IMG/VR virus record: IMGVR_UViG_2695420874_000005
Length of the DNA stretch: 29,666 bases
Strand: one strand, 5' to 3'
Origin: a virus
Taxonomy: Duplodnaviria; Heunggongvirae; Uroviricota; Caudoviricetes
Part shown: positions 1 through 9,217 of the stretch, piece by piece
How the letters are laid out: the number at the start of each line of letters is the position of its first letter
Position numbering within the stretch: position 1 is the first letter of the stretch
The notes under the pieces: model-generated
The model's database searches: none
Told to the model about the DNA's origin: nothing
Seen by the model: the letters and a program-made list of their open reading frames with translations, nothing else
Position numbers and translations under genes: made by a program

Positions 1-1164
1 TCACTCATCATCTTCTGTTTCGTACTCCACATCAGAAAGCCTGACCTCAAGCTCCAAGGACGTCGTGAAGCCGCTATTATTCAGAAAATGTGTCACCTTA
101 GTGATTGTCCAGTCCTGCTCGTCTATGACGCGCTTAAAGCCTGACACTTTAACCGGTGTTTCCGTGTAAATATCAGCACGACCGGTAGCCAGACTGATGG
201 AGAACTCCGCAACGCCCCGTTGCAGCTTATCCCACTTCGCCTGAGCGGCGCGCATGGCCTGCGCTTTCGTGGCATATACCGTGGTCAGGGCAAAAACGTT
301 GTCAGCCTCACCGGCCATGTATTCACCTTCACGCGCTTCCGGTACTTTAGGCGCTTTCTTCTGCCTGACCGGTTTCGCTTTCGGGTGCTCCAGTGCGCGC
401 AGGTGTTTCTCTTTCTTTTTGCGTTTCAGTTTTACCTTCTGCTTTTGAGGCTTCGGGTCTTTGGTGTGTAGCCATTTTGCCGTTACACCGGTGTAGGCTC
501 CACGGTCAGCAATCGCAAAATGATGGCGGTCGCCGTCGCTGCGAGTGATGGTAATCTGCGGGATTTTTTTACCGCTGGCCGTCACCCCCTGCCCCGCTTT
601 GAGAAACAGCAGTTTTCCCATTTTTACCGACACCTCACCGCCGTTGCGTTCTGCAAGGCGGGTCAGGAATTTCGCATCAGACTCCTGCGACTGGTCGATG
701 TGCGGAATTTTAATTCCGGCCAGTGACGGAGCGACACTGGCTTCCAGCCTGTTACGGGAGGCTATCGCCTCAACAATCGCACCGAGCGTGGTGTCATGCC
801 AGGAGCCTTCACGGCGGGAATTGAGCGTCCCGCGGAAATCTGCACTCCGGGCGCGGATGGTGACCACATCCGGCGCGCCCCGGTGTTCAACCTCATCAAC
901 GGTGAATTTCCCTTTGCATACCAGGGCAAAACCTTTCCAGCCGATATACACCGTCAGGACAGCGCCACGAACCGGCAGTTCGACCTGCCCGTCGGCATCG
1001 TTCAGTTCAATATCAAGCTGGTCAGCCTCAAAGCCCCGGTTATCCGTCAGAGTCATGCTCATCAGACGGTCGCTGATATTGCCGGTAATATCCCTGCTGT
1101 CGAGCATCAGCATGTAATCCGGCGTCAGCGTACTGCCTGCATCAAATGTCAGCGCATCCAGCAT
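1..1164 (-). CDS. D: tail protein D (P2 gpD-like), 387 aa
   Basis: 387-aa ORF with stop at 1-3; position downstream of U as in P2; length equals P2 gpD. Confidence 0.85.
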   Translation of the reverse strand: MLDALTFDAGSTLTPDYMLMLDSRDITGNISDRLMSMTLTDNRGFEADQLDIELNDADGQVELPVRGAVLTVYIGWKGFALVCKGKFTVDEVEHRGAPDVVTIRARSADFRGTLNSRREGSWHDTTLGAIVEAIASRNRLEASVAPSLAGIKIPHIDQSQESDAKFLTRLAERNGGEVSVKMGKLLFLKAGQGVTASGKKIPQITITRSDGDRHHFAIADRGAYTGVTAKWLHTKDPKPQKQKVKLKRKKKEKHLRALEHPKAKPVRQKKAPKVPEAREGEYMAGEADNVFALTTVYATKAQAMRAAQAKWDKLQRGVAEFSISLATGRADIYTETPVKVSGFKRVIDEQDWTITKVTHFLNNSGFTTSLELEVRLSDVEYETEDDE

Positions 1165-1643
1165 TATCCTGCCCCCGTCATACCCGTGAATCTGGTCGCC
1201 ATACTGCCAGTCTTACCGATGAGCGACTCCGCCTGTTTACCGATATCGCCATAAAGCGCGGCCAGTGATTCATCAACGCGGGTGAGCGACAGCGTAAAAT
1301 CAATTTTCCGGGGTGTGCCGTCTGCAAAGAAAATACTCCCTGTTTCACTCACCTTGTTGATGACATACATGCCGTAAATCATGCCGGTGCCATCCAGCAA
1401 CGGCCACGCTCGCCCCTCCTCTGCCATCAGCCTGAGCGTGGTCATCGTCAGCTTGCCGCCGGTCAGTTCGGGATAAAGCACACCGGCAAGCGTGATGTTT
1501 TCCTCGCCAACGCCGAGAAACTGGTAGGCATCCCGTTTACCGATACGGGAATTTGACGGCCAGCGATAATCTGATTCACGCTGCATGGTCTGGTGTGGCA
1601 GCGTCTGGCGCATAAAAACAAACATACCTAACGCGAGCATCAT
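1164..1643 (-). CDS. U: tail protein U (P2 gpU-like), 159 aa
   Basis: 159-aa ORF between T and D; length and position as P2 gpU. Confidence 0.85.
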   Translation of the reverse strand: MMLALGMFVFMRQTLPHQTMQRESDYRWPSNSRIGKRDAYQFLGVGEENITLAGVLYPELTGGKLTMTTLRLMAEEGRAWPLLDGTGMIYGMYVINKVSETGSIFFADGTPRKIDFTLSLTRVDESLAALYGDIGKQAESLIGKTGSMATRFTGMTGAG

Positions 1644-1657
1644 TTTTCATCACCTCC

Positions 1658-4009
1658 TTAACCGTCATGCATCATGCTGGCACGGGCGCGCGCACGTTTA
1701 TCCCGCTCGTATTTTTCGAGCGCATCCTGTAACTGGCGGTCAAGCTGTGTCCCCGGCGCAGTACCACCCGTCAGGTTGATGTGATATTCGTTTTTACTCT
1801 GGTCCACATAAGAGCGGCCAGCCGGTGCCGTAACCGGCTGATAAGCCTGATAGCCTGCATAAGAGCTGGTCGCCGGAATATAACCACCGGTGCCATACGT
1901 GGCGGCATGAGTTCTGGCTGCGGTCTGGTCAAGTGTGTCTGACTCTTTGTTGATAACACCGAGTTTTTCCAGTACCCAGTCAATACCGCTGCGCAGTTTG
2001 TTGAACGCATTAAGCGGTAGCATCAACGCGTCAGCCAGTGCCTGCCCGAACATGACGCCCGTGTCACGGCAACGGTTCAGGGTGTCCTGTGTGGCTTTGA
2101 CCGGGGCAATCAGGTTTTTAAACCACTGCCACGCGGCCTGTAACTTTTCGCCCAGCCAGTCAAACACCGGCTTAAGTGGCGTGAACAGTTCCCCCACCGG
2201 CGCAAATGCCGCTTTCAGCCCTTCAACCACACCGCCAAAGAATGCGCTGACAGGCTCCCAGTATTTACGGATAAGCAACGTCCCGGCGACAATGGCAGCC
2301 ACCACGGCCACAACCGGCCAGCTAATCGCCCCGATGGCGGTCATAACAGCACTGCCAACCGTCGTGAAGATTGCCCCCATTGCGCCTGCTGCCGCGATGA
2401 TGGCATTGATGCCGGTGATAACCGGCCAGGCTACAAGACCAATGGCACCGATGATGCCAATAAGCGCCAGCGCGCCACCGACAATGAGGCCGATGGTTGA
2501 CGCCAGTGATTTGTTTTTCTGGATCCAGCCGTCGAGTTTTAACACATACTTTGTGGCCGTCTGAGTGAGCTTACGCAGTGCGCCTTCCTGCTGGTCAAAC
2601 AGGTCTGTCCCCACCGCCTCATAAGCGGACTGAAACTCCTTAAAGTCACCGCCGAGGTTATCCTGCATGATTTTAACCAGCTCTTCCGTTTTACCGTCCG
2701 AGGCTTTCAGCGTGGCGGTCAGCTTATCCAGCTTTCCGCTTGCAGCCGCTGCCAGTAAAACGTTCGCTGATTTCAGGGCTTCCTCACCAAAAATGGTTTT
2801 AAGGTATTCCCCCTTCTGAGACGTTCCCAGCTTGTGTTTATCAAAGCTGGCCTGAATCTCTTTCAGAATGGTGAACAACGGACGCATATTTCCCTTTTTG
2901 TCCGAGGTTTTAACGCCAAGCTCTTTGAGTGCTTCCCATGCTTTCCCTGTCGGAGCCTGTAATCGGGTGACAACGGCACTACTACCAGTACCCGCCATTG
3001 ACCCCCTGATGTTATTGTCATGCAGCACACCGGTCATGGCTGCTGCCTGCTCAAGACTTACACCTGCCGTTCTTGCGACCGGGCCAAGATAAGTCAGTGC
3101 ATCACTGAGTCCCTGAAAATCAGCCGCCGACTTATTCATCGTTGCCGACAACACATCGCCCACATGGCTGACATCATCATTTGACAGTTGAAAAGATGCT
3201 TTAGTCCCCAGCAACAGTTGCGCGTTTTCTTCCATCGACCGCTGATTCGCCAGTGCCATATTCAGCGTGACCGGCGTTGCCGCCTGAATAGCCGCAGCAT
3301 CTCCACCCGCTTTCGCAATGATAATCTGTGCACCGGCTGCATCATCTGCCGAGGCTGCGGTATTGTCGCCGAGCTGGCGCGCCTGTTTGCGTAGCGCGGC
3401 CATTTCGGCGGAGTCTTTTGCGACACCGAGCACAGCCTGCAATTCTGAGTTTTTCTGCGCAAACTCATAACCGGGCATCAGCAGCTTAACACCGGCCATC
3501 GTTCCCGCAGCAGCAATCCCCACACCGGCAGCGCCCACTGAGGCCATATTTCCGGCCAGTTCCTTTCCGGCCTGATAACGCTGTTTTACTGCGTTAAGTT
3601 TTGCCTGTTGCGCACTGACACGCGCCAGCGCGTCACGCTGCCGGTTAAGCTGTACGGTGGTTTCACTGATACGGTTTTTCAGCCCTCGTTCATCATGCGC
3701 CAGATTACGGGTATTAATACCCGCCTGACTCAGTTCCTGACGCTGGCGCTGTACCGACAATCTCAGGCTGTTATATTTCGCCTGTAACTCCGACACATTT
3801 TTACGCGCGGCTTCCATTGCCTTTGCCTGTGCATTTGTTGGTCGTTCAGTATTTTTAAACTGGACAGCCAGTGCTGCGGCTTCCTGTCTGGCTTTTTTCA
3901 GTTCCTGACCAGTCACGGCGAGCTGTGCACTGGTCTTGCGGAACCCCTCAATACGGGATGCCTGGTCAACAGCCCTGAGCAATACCTGTAATTTTACATT
4001 GTTACTCAT
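1658..4009 (-). CDS. T: tail tape measure protein (P2 gpT-like), 783 aa
   Basis: Long Ala/Gly/Gln-rich coiled-coil-like protein with a C-terminal hydrophobic/Gly-rich segment; follows E/E' as in P2. Confidence 0.9.
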   Translation of the reverse strand: MSNNVKLQVLLRAVDQASRIEGFRKTSAQLAVTGQELKKARQEAAALAVQFKNTERPTNAQAKAMEAARKNVSELQAKYNSLRLSVQRQRQELSQAGINTRNLAHDERGLKNRISETTVQLNRQRDALARVSAQQAKLNAVKQRYQAGKELAGNMASVGAAGVGIAAAGTMAGVKLLMPGYEFAQKNSELQAVLGVAKDSAEMAALRKQARQLGDNTAASADDAAGAQIIIAKAGGDAAAIQAATPVTLNMALANQRSMEENAQLLLGTKASFQLSNDDVSHVGDVLSATMNKSAADFQGLSDALTYLGPVARTAGVSLEQAAAMTGVLHDNNIRGSMAGTGSSAVVTRLQAPTGKAWEALKELGVKTSDKKGNMRPLFTILKEIQASFDKHKLGTSQKGEYLKTIFGEEALKSANVLLAAAASGKLDKLTATLKASDGKTEELVKIMQDNLGGDFKEFQSAYEAVGTDLFDQQEGALRKLTQTATKYVLKLDGWIQKNKSLASTIGLIVGGALALIGIIGAIGLVAWPVITGINAIIAAAGAMGAIFTTVGSAVMTAIGAISWPVVAVVAAIVAGTLLIRKYWEPVSAFFGGVVEGLKAAFAPVGELFTPLKPVFDWLGEKLQAAWQWFKNLIAPVKATQDTLNRCRDTGVMFGQALADALMLPLNAFNKLRSGIDWVLEKLGVINKESDTLDQTAARTHAATYGTGGYIPATSSYAGYQAYQPVTAPAGRSYVDQSKNEYHINLTGGTAPGTQLDRQLQDALEKYERDKRARARASMMHDG

Positions 4010-4429
4010 TCGTGTTTCCGCTTCGCCGGAGCGCCTTTTCGCGCCATGTGATGAGTTCGGTCAGGCTCATGGGATACAGTTCTGATGGCGGCCAGTGAAA
4101 TATCACTGCCACATCCGCCATCAGGTCATCGACCGAGAGATTTTTCGGAAACGTCACTGCACCGAGTTCGGCGACAAAAAACCGACCACCTTACCGGCCA
4201 GCGCCACAAGGTCAGGCAGTTCCAGCGCGGCGACCTCCTGCTCGGTCAGCATCGGTGCCGTCATGCGCGGCAGCACTTTAATCAGTGCATCGACTTCGGA
4301 GTTTGCGACCGCAGCCAGACTGACACCGCGCAGCGTCCCGGCATTGGGTTTCATCAGCGTGACCTGTTCGATAACCTGTTCACCACGTTTAACCGGATTA
4401 TCCAGGGTAATGACGTTTTCTTTGTTCAT
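4002..4429 (-). CDS. E': E+E' fusion product made by programmed -1 frameshift (about 142 aa)
   Basis: Minus-strand heptamer TTTTTTG (plus 4175-4181) inside E; the -1 frame stays open for 57 codons to TAA at 4002-4004, overlapping the T start; predicted fusion length about 142 aa as in P2 E+E'. Confidence 0.7.
4154..4429 (-). CDS. E: tail assembly chaperone E (P2 gpE-like), 91 aa
   Basis: 91-aa ORF ending ...GKVVGFLSPNSVQ; contains T6G slippery heptamer near its 3' end; lies between FII and T. Confidence 0.85.
   Translation of the reverse strand: MNKENVITLDNPVKRGEQVIEQVTLMKPNAGTLRGVSLAAVANSEVDALIKVLPRMTAPMLTEQEVAALELPDLVALAGKVVGFLSPNSVQ
4175..4181 (-). other. -1 ribosomal frameshift slippery site T6G
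   Basis: TTTTTTG read on minus strand, in-frame as TTT TTG (Phe-Leu) of E. Confidence 0.7.
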
Positions 4430-4485
4430 GGTTTTCTCACTTCTGAATCGGGGTTAACCGGTCAGCCAGGCTGACCGGATGAAAA

Positions 4486-5004
4486 TCACAGGCCGATATT
4501 GCGGCGGTGTTGCTCCAGCCGGTCGACGCCGTTCACCTTCTCAATCATGTTGATGGTGTCGATTTCGACCAGCTCCTTACCGTCCATCGTCAGCCGGAAA
4601 TAGGTGCAGACCACGGAGATTTTCGACTCGGTGTCTTCTCCCTGTTTACCCTCGCCGGTGTCGATTTCTTTCTGACGGCCACGCATGACCACCTCGACGG
4701 CCACCGTTTCGCCGGTATCGTCGCGCTGGTAAGAGCCTGCAAAACGAATCGGTACGGCATCCACACCGGTTGCGGCGTAAAGCTCCCAGATAACCGAATC
4801 CGGGAAGCCCCCGAGCGACCACTCCATTGACAGCGCATCGTCATCAAGGCCGAGGTCTATCGGTGCGCTGCCGTTCATCCCCGCACCGCGATAGTTTTCG
4901 AGCTTACGGGTCAGTTTTGGCAGCGTGACGGACTTTGCAACGCCCTGATAGCTGTAGCCGTTCAGAAAGACGTTCATTAACTTGAGTTTGCGCGGCATTG
5001 CCAT
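4486..5004 (-). CDS. FII: tail tube protein (P2 gpFII-like), 172 aa
   Basis: 172-aa ORF directly downstream of the sheath gene; length as P2 FII. Confidence 0.9.
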   Translation of the reverse strand: MAMPRKLKLMNVFLNGYSYQGVAKSVTLPKLTRKLENYRGAGMNGSAPIDLGLDDDALSMEWSLGGFPDSVIWELYAATGVDAVPIRFAGSYQRDDTGETVAVEVVMRGRQKEIDTGEGKQGEDTESKISVVCTYFRLTMDGKELVEIDTINMIEKVNGVDRLEQHRRNIGL

Positions 5005-5016
5005 TGGTCAGACTCC

Positions 5017-6207
5017 TTAATTGCTGTTAACCGAGGTGACCAGATTTGCCAGGTATTTATCGGTAATACGCTGGCGCAGGGTCAGGTTTTCAAGAGGAGG
5101 CACCGGTGTATAGTCGTAGTCGATATACAGTTTTCCGGCCTTGAGGGTTTCCGCATCGTTGGATTCTTCGCTGAACCAGCAGGTCGCATCCACGATATAG
5201 CCGTTTGTTTTCAGCTCACGGAATTTGGCATTGATGCCGTCAACGATGTCGCGAATCAGCGTTGCGGTGATGGGCTTGTCCACCGCCCACATGTGCGCCT
5301 CAGCCATCGTGTCGGCCAGCACCTGCGCGGTGCGGGTGTAGTTTTCAAAGAGGAACAGCGGGTCATCGGAGCAGGTACGGTTACCCCAGAAGCGGAAACC
5401 GTCGCGGCGAATCAGCGTTGTGACGCCTGACTCGTTAAGCAGGTCAGCATCGGTGCCGGACTCCTGCAAATCCCAGAATACAGATGCGCTGATGCCAGTA
5501 ACACCGTTCACCCCGACGTTGGACAGCGTTTTATGCCAGCCCTGCTCCTGGTCGATTTTGGCACGCAGACCCAGCGCACGGGCGGTGGCATACGCGGTGG
5601 CGGTGGTACTGGTGACCGTATCCCATGCGAGGAAATCCGGCCAGATAACCATCAGCTCACGCTGGCTGAAATTCTGGCGGTAGGCTTTCACCTCGGAAAT
5701 GGTCTTACAGCCCCATGCTCTGATATATCCGAAAGCGCGCAGCTTCTGACAGACTGATGCCAGTGCAACAGCCACCTCTTTGGTATCCAGCCCCGGCACA
5801 CCAAGAATACGCGGTTTAACACCGGTTACCGACTCCGCCGCCAGCAGGGCTTTCAGTCCGGTGTACTGGCCGTTTTCGTCGGTGGTGCCGATGATATTGG
5901 AAACGGTCTGCGCGAGCTTCGTTTCTTCGTCGTCGCCGGTTCCGTCTTCCACGCGCACGACAACGGTGACCGGTTTTGACTGGTCAGCGATGGCCTGCAA
6001 CGACGCCGCCAGCGTACCTTTTTTACCGGCCTTTGCAATTGCGCTCTGCACATTGGTAATCAGCACCGGTTTATTGAGGGGGAAGGTTTCCGCATCCGCA
6101 TCGCTGGCCGTGCAGACCATGCCGACAATGGCGGTGGATACAGTGGAAATGACGCGGGTGCCGTCGTTAATCTCCAGCACCTGCACGCCATGATGATAGT
6201 CGCTCAT
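5017..6207 (-). CDS. FI: contractile tail sheath protein (P2 gpFI-like), 396 aa
   Basis: 396-aa ORF; length and position as P2 FI. Confidence 0.9.
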   Translation of the reverse strand: MSDYHHGVQVLEINDGTRVISTVSTAIVGMVCTASDADAETFPLNKPVLITNVQSAIAKAGKKGTLAASLQAIADQSKPVTVVVRVEDGTGDDEETKLAQTVSNIIGTTDENGQYTGLKALLAAESVTGVKPRILGVPGLDTKEVAVALASVCQKLRAFGYIRAWGCKTISEVKAYRQNFSQRELMVIWPDFLAWDTVTSTTATAYATARALGLRAKIDQEQGWHKTLSNVGVNGVTGISASVFWDLQESGTDADLLNESGVTTLIRRDGFRFWGNRTCSDDPLFLFENYTRTAQVLADTMAEAHMWAVDKPITATLIRDIVDGINAKFRELKTNGYIVDATCWFSEESNDAETLKAGKLYIDYDYTPVPPLENLTLRQRITDKYLANLVTSVNSN

Positions 6208-6428
6208 CCGTTTAACTCCGTGGTTAATGGGTGAGTGGTATTTTCATGTGTGCCGGAGATGTCAGGCTATTTGTCCCGGTTGGCTGATGGATGGCACAAT
6301 TTATTCTTTGTCGCTGATGAGGCGAATTTTTTATAGAGCGTGGACAGGTCAATATCAAAAATCAGCGCCACACGTTGACGTGATTCCCTCGCAGCCAGCA
6401 ATCGTCCTGCCTGTTCCCACACAGTCGA

Positions 6429-6473
6429 TTATCTGGAGCACTGGAACTTGTCGAAATTTCCAGTGCTCCAGAT
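6429..6473 (-). terminator. 17-bp perfect hairpin immediately downstream of G (candidate terminator or RNA structure, no U-tract)
   Basis: Inverted repeat TATCTGGAGCACTGGAA / TTCCAGTGCTCCAGATA with an 11-nt loop, 11 bp after the G stop. Confidence 0.45.
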
Positions 6474-6483
6474 ATTGAATGGC

Positions 6484-7086
6484 CTACGCCTCCGGCAGTT
6501 CAGGCCAGATAACATCAGGCGCGGTGCTGGTATCTGTTGCCGTCACAGCGTCAATGTAATCCAGCACAGCGTTAAGCCGGGTTGTTTCTGCCTGCGTCAG
6601 TTTCCGCCCGGCCTGTAATTTCAGCTGAATCAGACTAATGGAAGCCATTGCTGCATCAGTCAGTGACTGGCGCTGTGCTTCTGCTGCATCTACTGCGGCG
6701 CTATGCTGTGCCTCGGTATCCGTCACCCATTTCTCACCATCCCATTTATCGTATGGCGTTGACGGGGCGATAGTGGTTGCATTTTCAGGGTAATCACCCG
6801 GAGTTTTGATTTCTTTTGATTCACCTGTTTCGGTGCTATAGACAATTTCACCACGATGGTCTGACACATATTCCCATGATTTTAAATCCATAGAACGGCA
6901 GATAGCATAACCCGCCTTATATGTGCCAGGAGCATCTAAACAGGAATATGCCGGGATACCGACACCAACGGCAAGATATTCATTTGAAGTGGAAATATAT
7001 TCCCGTGTTTCACCATCATAGTTATAGACGGTAATATTCCCCGCCTTCGTGGCAATAAGTTCGCTATTTAATACGGCTTTATCCAT
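6484..7086 (-). CDS. G: tail fibre assembly chaperone (Tfa/gpG-like), 200 aa
   Basis: Directly downstream of and overlapping the tail fibre gene H stop (ATG/TAA overlap at 7084-7088); AT-richer than flanking genes. Confidence 0.8.
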   Translation of the reverse strand: MDKAVLNSELIATKAGNITVYNYDGETREYISTSNEYLAVGVGIPAYSCLDAPGTYKAGYAICRSMDLKSWEYVSDHRGEIVYSTETGESKEIKTPGDYPENATTIAPSTPYDKWDGEKWVTDTEAQHSAAVDAAEAQRQSLTDAAMASISLIQLKLQAGRKLTQAETTRLNAVLDYIDAVTATDTSTAPDVIWPELPEA

Positions 7087-8609
7087 TATGCAGCTCTCAC
7101 GATATAGTTAAATGCAATATTTCGTGGACGGGTTTCGCTCCCACCTGTGTTACCAATACTCCCTCGTGTATGTAGCGTTGGTGATGGAATCAGAGTTCCT
7201 CCGGCATCGGCAGCATCAAGCCCCCGGCCTTGCGTATATGCTCTTCTGAAGATTGTCGCCAGTTCCCATTCCTCTTTTGAATCATACCCATCGTTGGCAA
7301 CAACAATATGGCGGTGTTTTTCCAGCATCCCAGTCTGAATGCTCAATAAAGCACGTCCTGCATCAATACCACGCCCGTCATCCCATCCACGAATAAACTC
7401 ACCACGGAGATCAGGTAGTTTCCCTGATGGATATGCTGTAGCAAGATGGGGATATTTCACCTTATCAAAGGCAGCGCCGTTGCATTTCAGCCAGCCCGTT
7501 GGCGGGGTTGCGGAGGGCCACGGAACAGGTACACCAACAGGCAATGCAGAGCCTTCTCCCAAACCAAGATAATCAAGAACTCCCTGTGTGCTGGGCTTAC
7601 TAAGAATTGCACGACCAACACTTGTCAGTGCAGTTAACGCGGCACGATCTACCCCTGTAAAATAAGGGAGTTTATCTGCCGCTGTAGCAAGCCCTGCCAG
7701 AGCAGTGAGTATGGCGTTTGCCGGTTGTCTTCCATTAGCCAGGTCGTATGCAGCCTTTACCGCTTTTGGCGTTGCAGCCAGTGTTTCAGATGTGCTGTTG
7801 GTTGCACTACTGAGCTGAACAAGCCCTTTTTGCGTCGTGGTGGCGTTCTGGGCGGTATATTTCCCGTTAGCCAGGTCATACGCCGCCTTGACCGCTTTTG
7901 GCGTTGCAGCCAGTGTTTCAGACGTGCTGTTTGTGGCGCTACTGAGTTGAACAAGGCCTTTTCGTGCCGTAGTCGCATCCTGAGCGGTATATTTCCCGTT
8001 AGCCAGGTCATATGCAGCCTTTACCGCTTTCGGTGTTGCGGCCAGTGTTTCAGATGTACTGTTAGTTGCACTGCTTAACTGAGTAAAACCTTTTGCGGTC
8101 AGCGAGGCGTCCGGGTGGCGTCGTGACTGTTCGTGCTCAGAAATTTTGTCATCCACATATTTACGTGTTGCCAGTACCACAGCCGGGTCGATTTTCAGCG
8201 TGATGGCTTCGGTGTTCGTGACAACCAGAATCATGCGGATAGTCTGGGTACGACCACTGCCTTCCTGCAACTGCGGTTTGTACGTTTCCGGGCAGTTCGC
8301 CACCGCAATGAGTACGCCTTCATCATCATAAAGTCCAATCTCACGGATCCAGAATCCGCCCTCGTTTTCAGGGATGATTTGCTCCGCAATAATCTGGCTC
8401 TGATTGTTAGGGTCAACACTCAGAAGATTCAGCGGCGCGATGCGTTTCTGGTTAATCAGTTTTGTCTGTGCCGGGTCTGGTGTCGGCAAGACACCATTCG
8501 CATCACCAACGGCCATTTGCGTCAGATTCAGCTTACTGCCGAGCATCGTCGCGTTAGCCAGCCGTGCTGCGCCCTGATTAGTCAGAATGGCGTAGTATTT
8601 CACTGTCAT
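7086..8609 (-). CDS. H: tail fibre protein (P2 gpH-like N-terminus, collar-type C-terminal domain), 507 aa
   Basis: N-terminal region resembles P2 gpH (…EHEQSRRHPDASLTAKGFTQLSSATNSTSETLAATPKAVK…); three tandem 44-aa repeats; divergent C-terminal domain. Confidence 0.85.
   Translation of the reverse strand: MTVKYYAILTNQGAARLANATMLGSKLNLTQMAVGDANGVLPTPDPAQTKLINQKRIAPLNLLSVDPNNQSQIIAEQIIPENEGGFWIREIGLYDDEGVLIAVANCPETYKPQLQEGSGRTQTIRMILVVTNTEAITLKIDPAVVLATRKYVDDKISEHEQSRRHPDASLTAKGFTQLSSATNSTSETLAATPKAVKAAYDLANGKYTAQDATTARKGLVQLSSATNSTSETLAATPKAVKAAYDLANGKYTAQNATTTQKGLVQLSSATNSTSETLAATPKAVKAAYDLANGRQPANAILTALAGLATAADKLPYFTGVDRAALTALTSVGRAILSKPSTQGVLDYLGLGEGSALPVGVPVPWPSATPPTGWLKCNGAAFDKVKYPHLATAYPSGKLPDLRGEFIRGWDDGRGIDAGRALLSIQTGMLEKHRHIVVANDGYDSKEEWELATIFRRAYTQGRGLDAADAGGTLIPSPTLHTRGSIGNTGGSETRPRNIAFNYIVRAA
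7739..8100. repeat. three tandem copies of a 132-bp unit (third partial) inside H
   Basis: Unit starts (ccaggtc...) at 7739, 7871 and 8003; encodes repeated LSSATNSTSETLAATPKAVKAAYDLANGKYTAQ segments. Confidence 0.85.
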
Positions 8610-9217
8610 GCGTTTACTCTCAGGTTATCAATTAAATGAATGGCCGAGGCCGGGAAATAATCCCCTCCGACAATAATGGCCTCCGGGGTGTAGGGATAAA
8701 CCGTCAGGGCGTCGCCGTGATAGCATCCCGCACCGGCAAAAATGTTGCCGGTTGTACTTAAACTGATAGCCAGTCCCGTCAGATGGCGGCTTGCAGGTTT
8801 TGCATCAGCAACAAGACGCTCCAGCTCCTGATACATTTCTTCGGTAATACCCTGCTCAAGCACGCCAACAACGATACGGAACGTCCCCGGCTCCTCGTTG
8901 AGCTGCCACCACTCCCTCACCTCAATCAGATAGCCGAGCGGCTCCACCACACGCCGGATTGCACCTATAGTGCCTTTATGACAGTGAATGAAATACGCAT
9001 CGCGGATAACAGCGCGTTTTGTCGCTTCCGGCCACTTATCATCCCAGCGGTCAACCGAAAATGACCACGCCAGCCACGGCAGCAGATTTGCCGGGCAGGT
9101 GTCCGGGTTCCACAATTCACGAATACTGACCGGCGTTTTTTCAATTTCCGCACAGGCTTTTGCGGCGGCGACTTCAAGCGGTGATGAGCCGGTCGGCAGC
9201 AGGCGCGAATCACTCAT
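8606..9217 (-). CDS. I: baseplate assembly protein I (P2 gpI-like), 203 aa
   Basis: Starts MSDSRLLPTGSSPLEVAAAKACAEIEK as P2 gpI; overlaps J stop and H start. Confidence 0.85.
   Translation of the reverse strand: MSDSRLLPTGSSPLEVAAAKACAEIEKTPVSIRELWNPDTCPANLLPWLAWSFSVDRWDDKWPEATKRAVIRDAYFIHCHKGTIGAIRRVVEPLGYLIEVREWWQLNEEPGTFRIVVGVLEQGITEEMYQELERLVADAKPASRHLTGLAISLSTTGNIFAGAGCYHGDALTVYPYTPEAIIVGGDYFPASAIHLIDNLRVNA

Noticed and set aside
545-1254. Plus-strand ORFs of 190 and 152 aa overlapping gene D
   Set aside because: Antisense to a well-supported structural gene in GC-rich DNA; no start context; typical shadow ORFs. The same applies to other antisense ORFs such as 1935-2564, 8133-8639, 8988-9599, 13848-14447, 16785-17495 and 18009-18458.
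6227-6478. 83-aa plus-strand ORF in the G-FI intergenic (Z/fun) region
   Set aside because: No ribosome-binding site, Cys/Arg-rich low-complexity translation, and it runs through the terminator-like hairpin; more likely non-coding.
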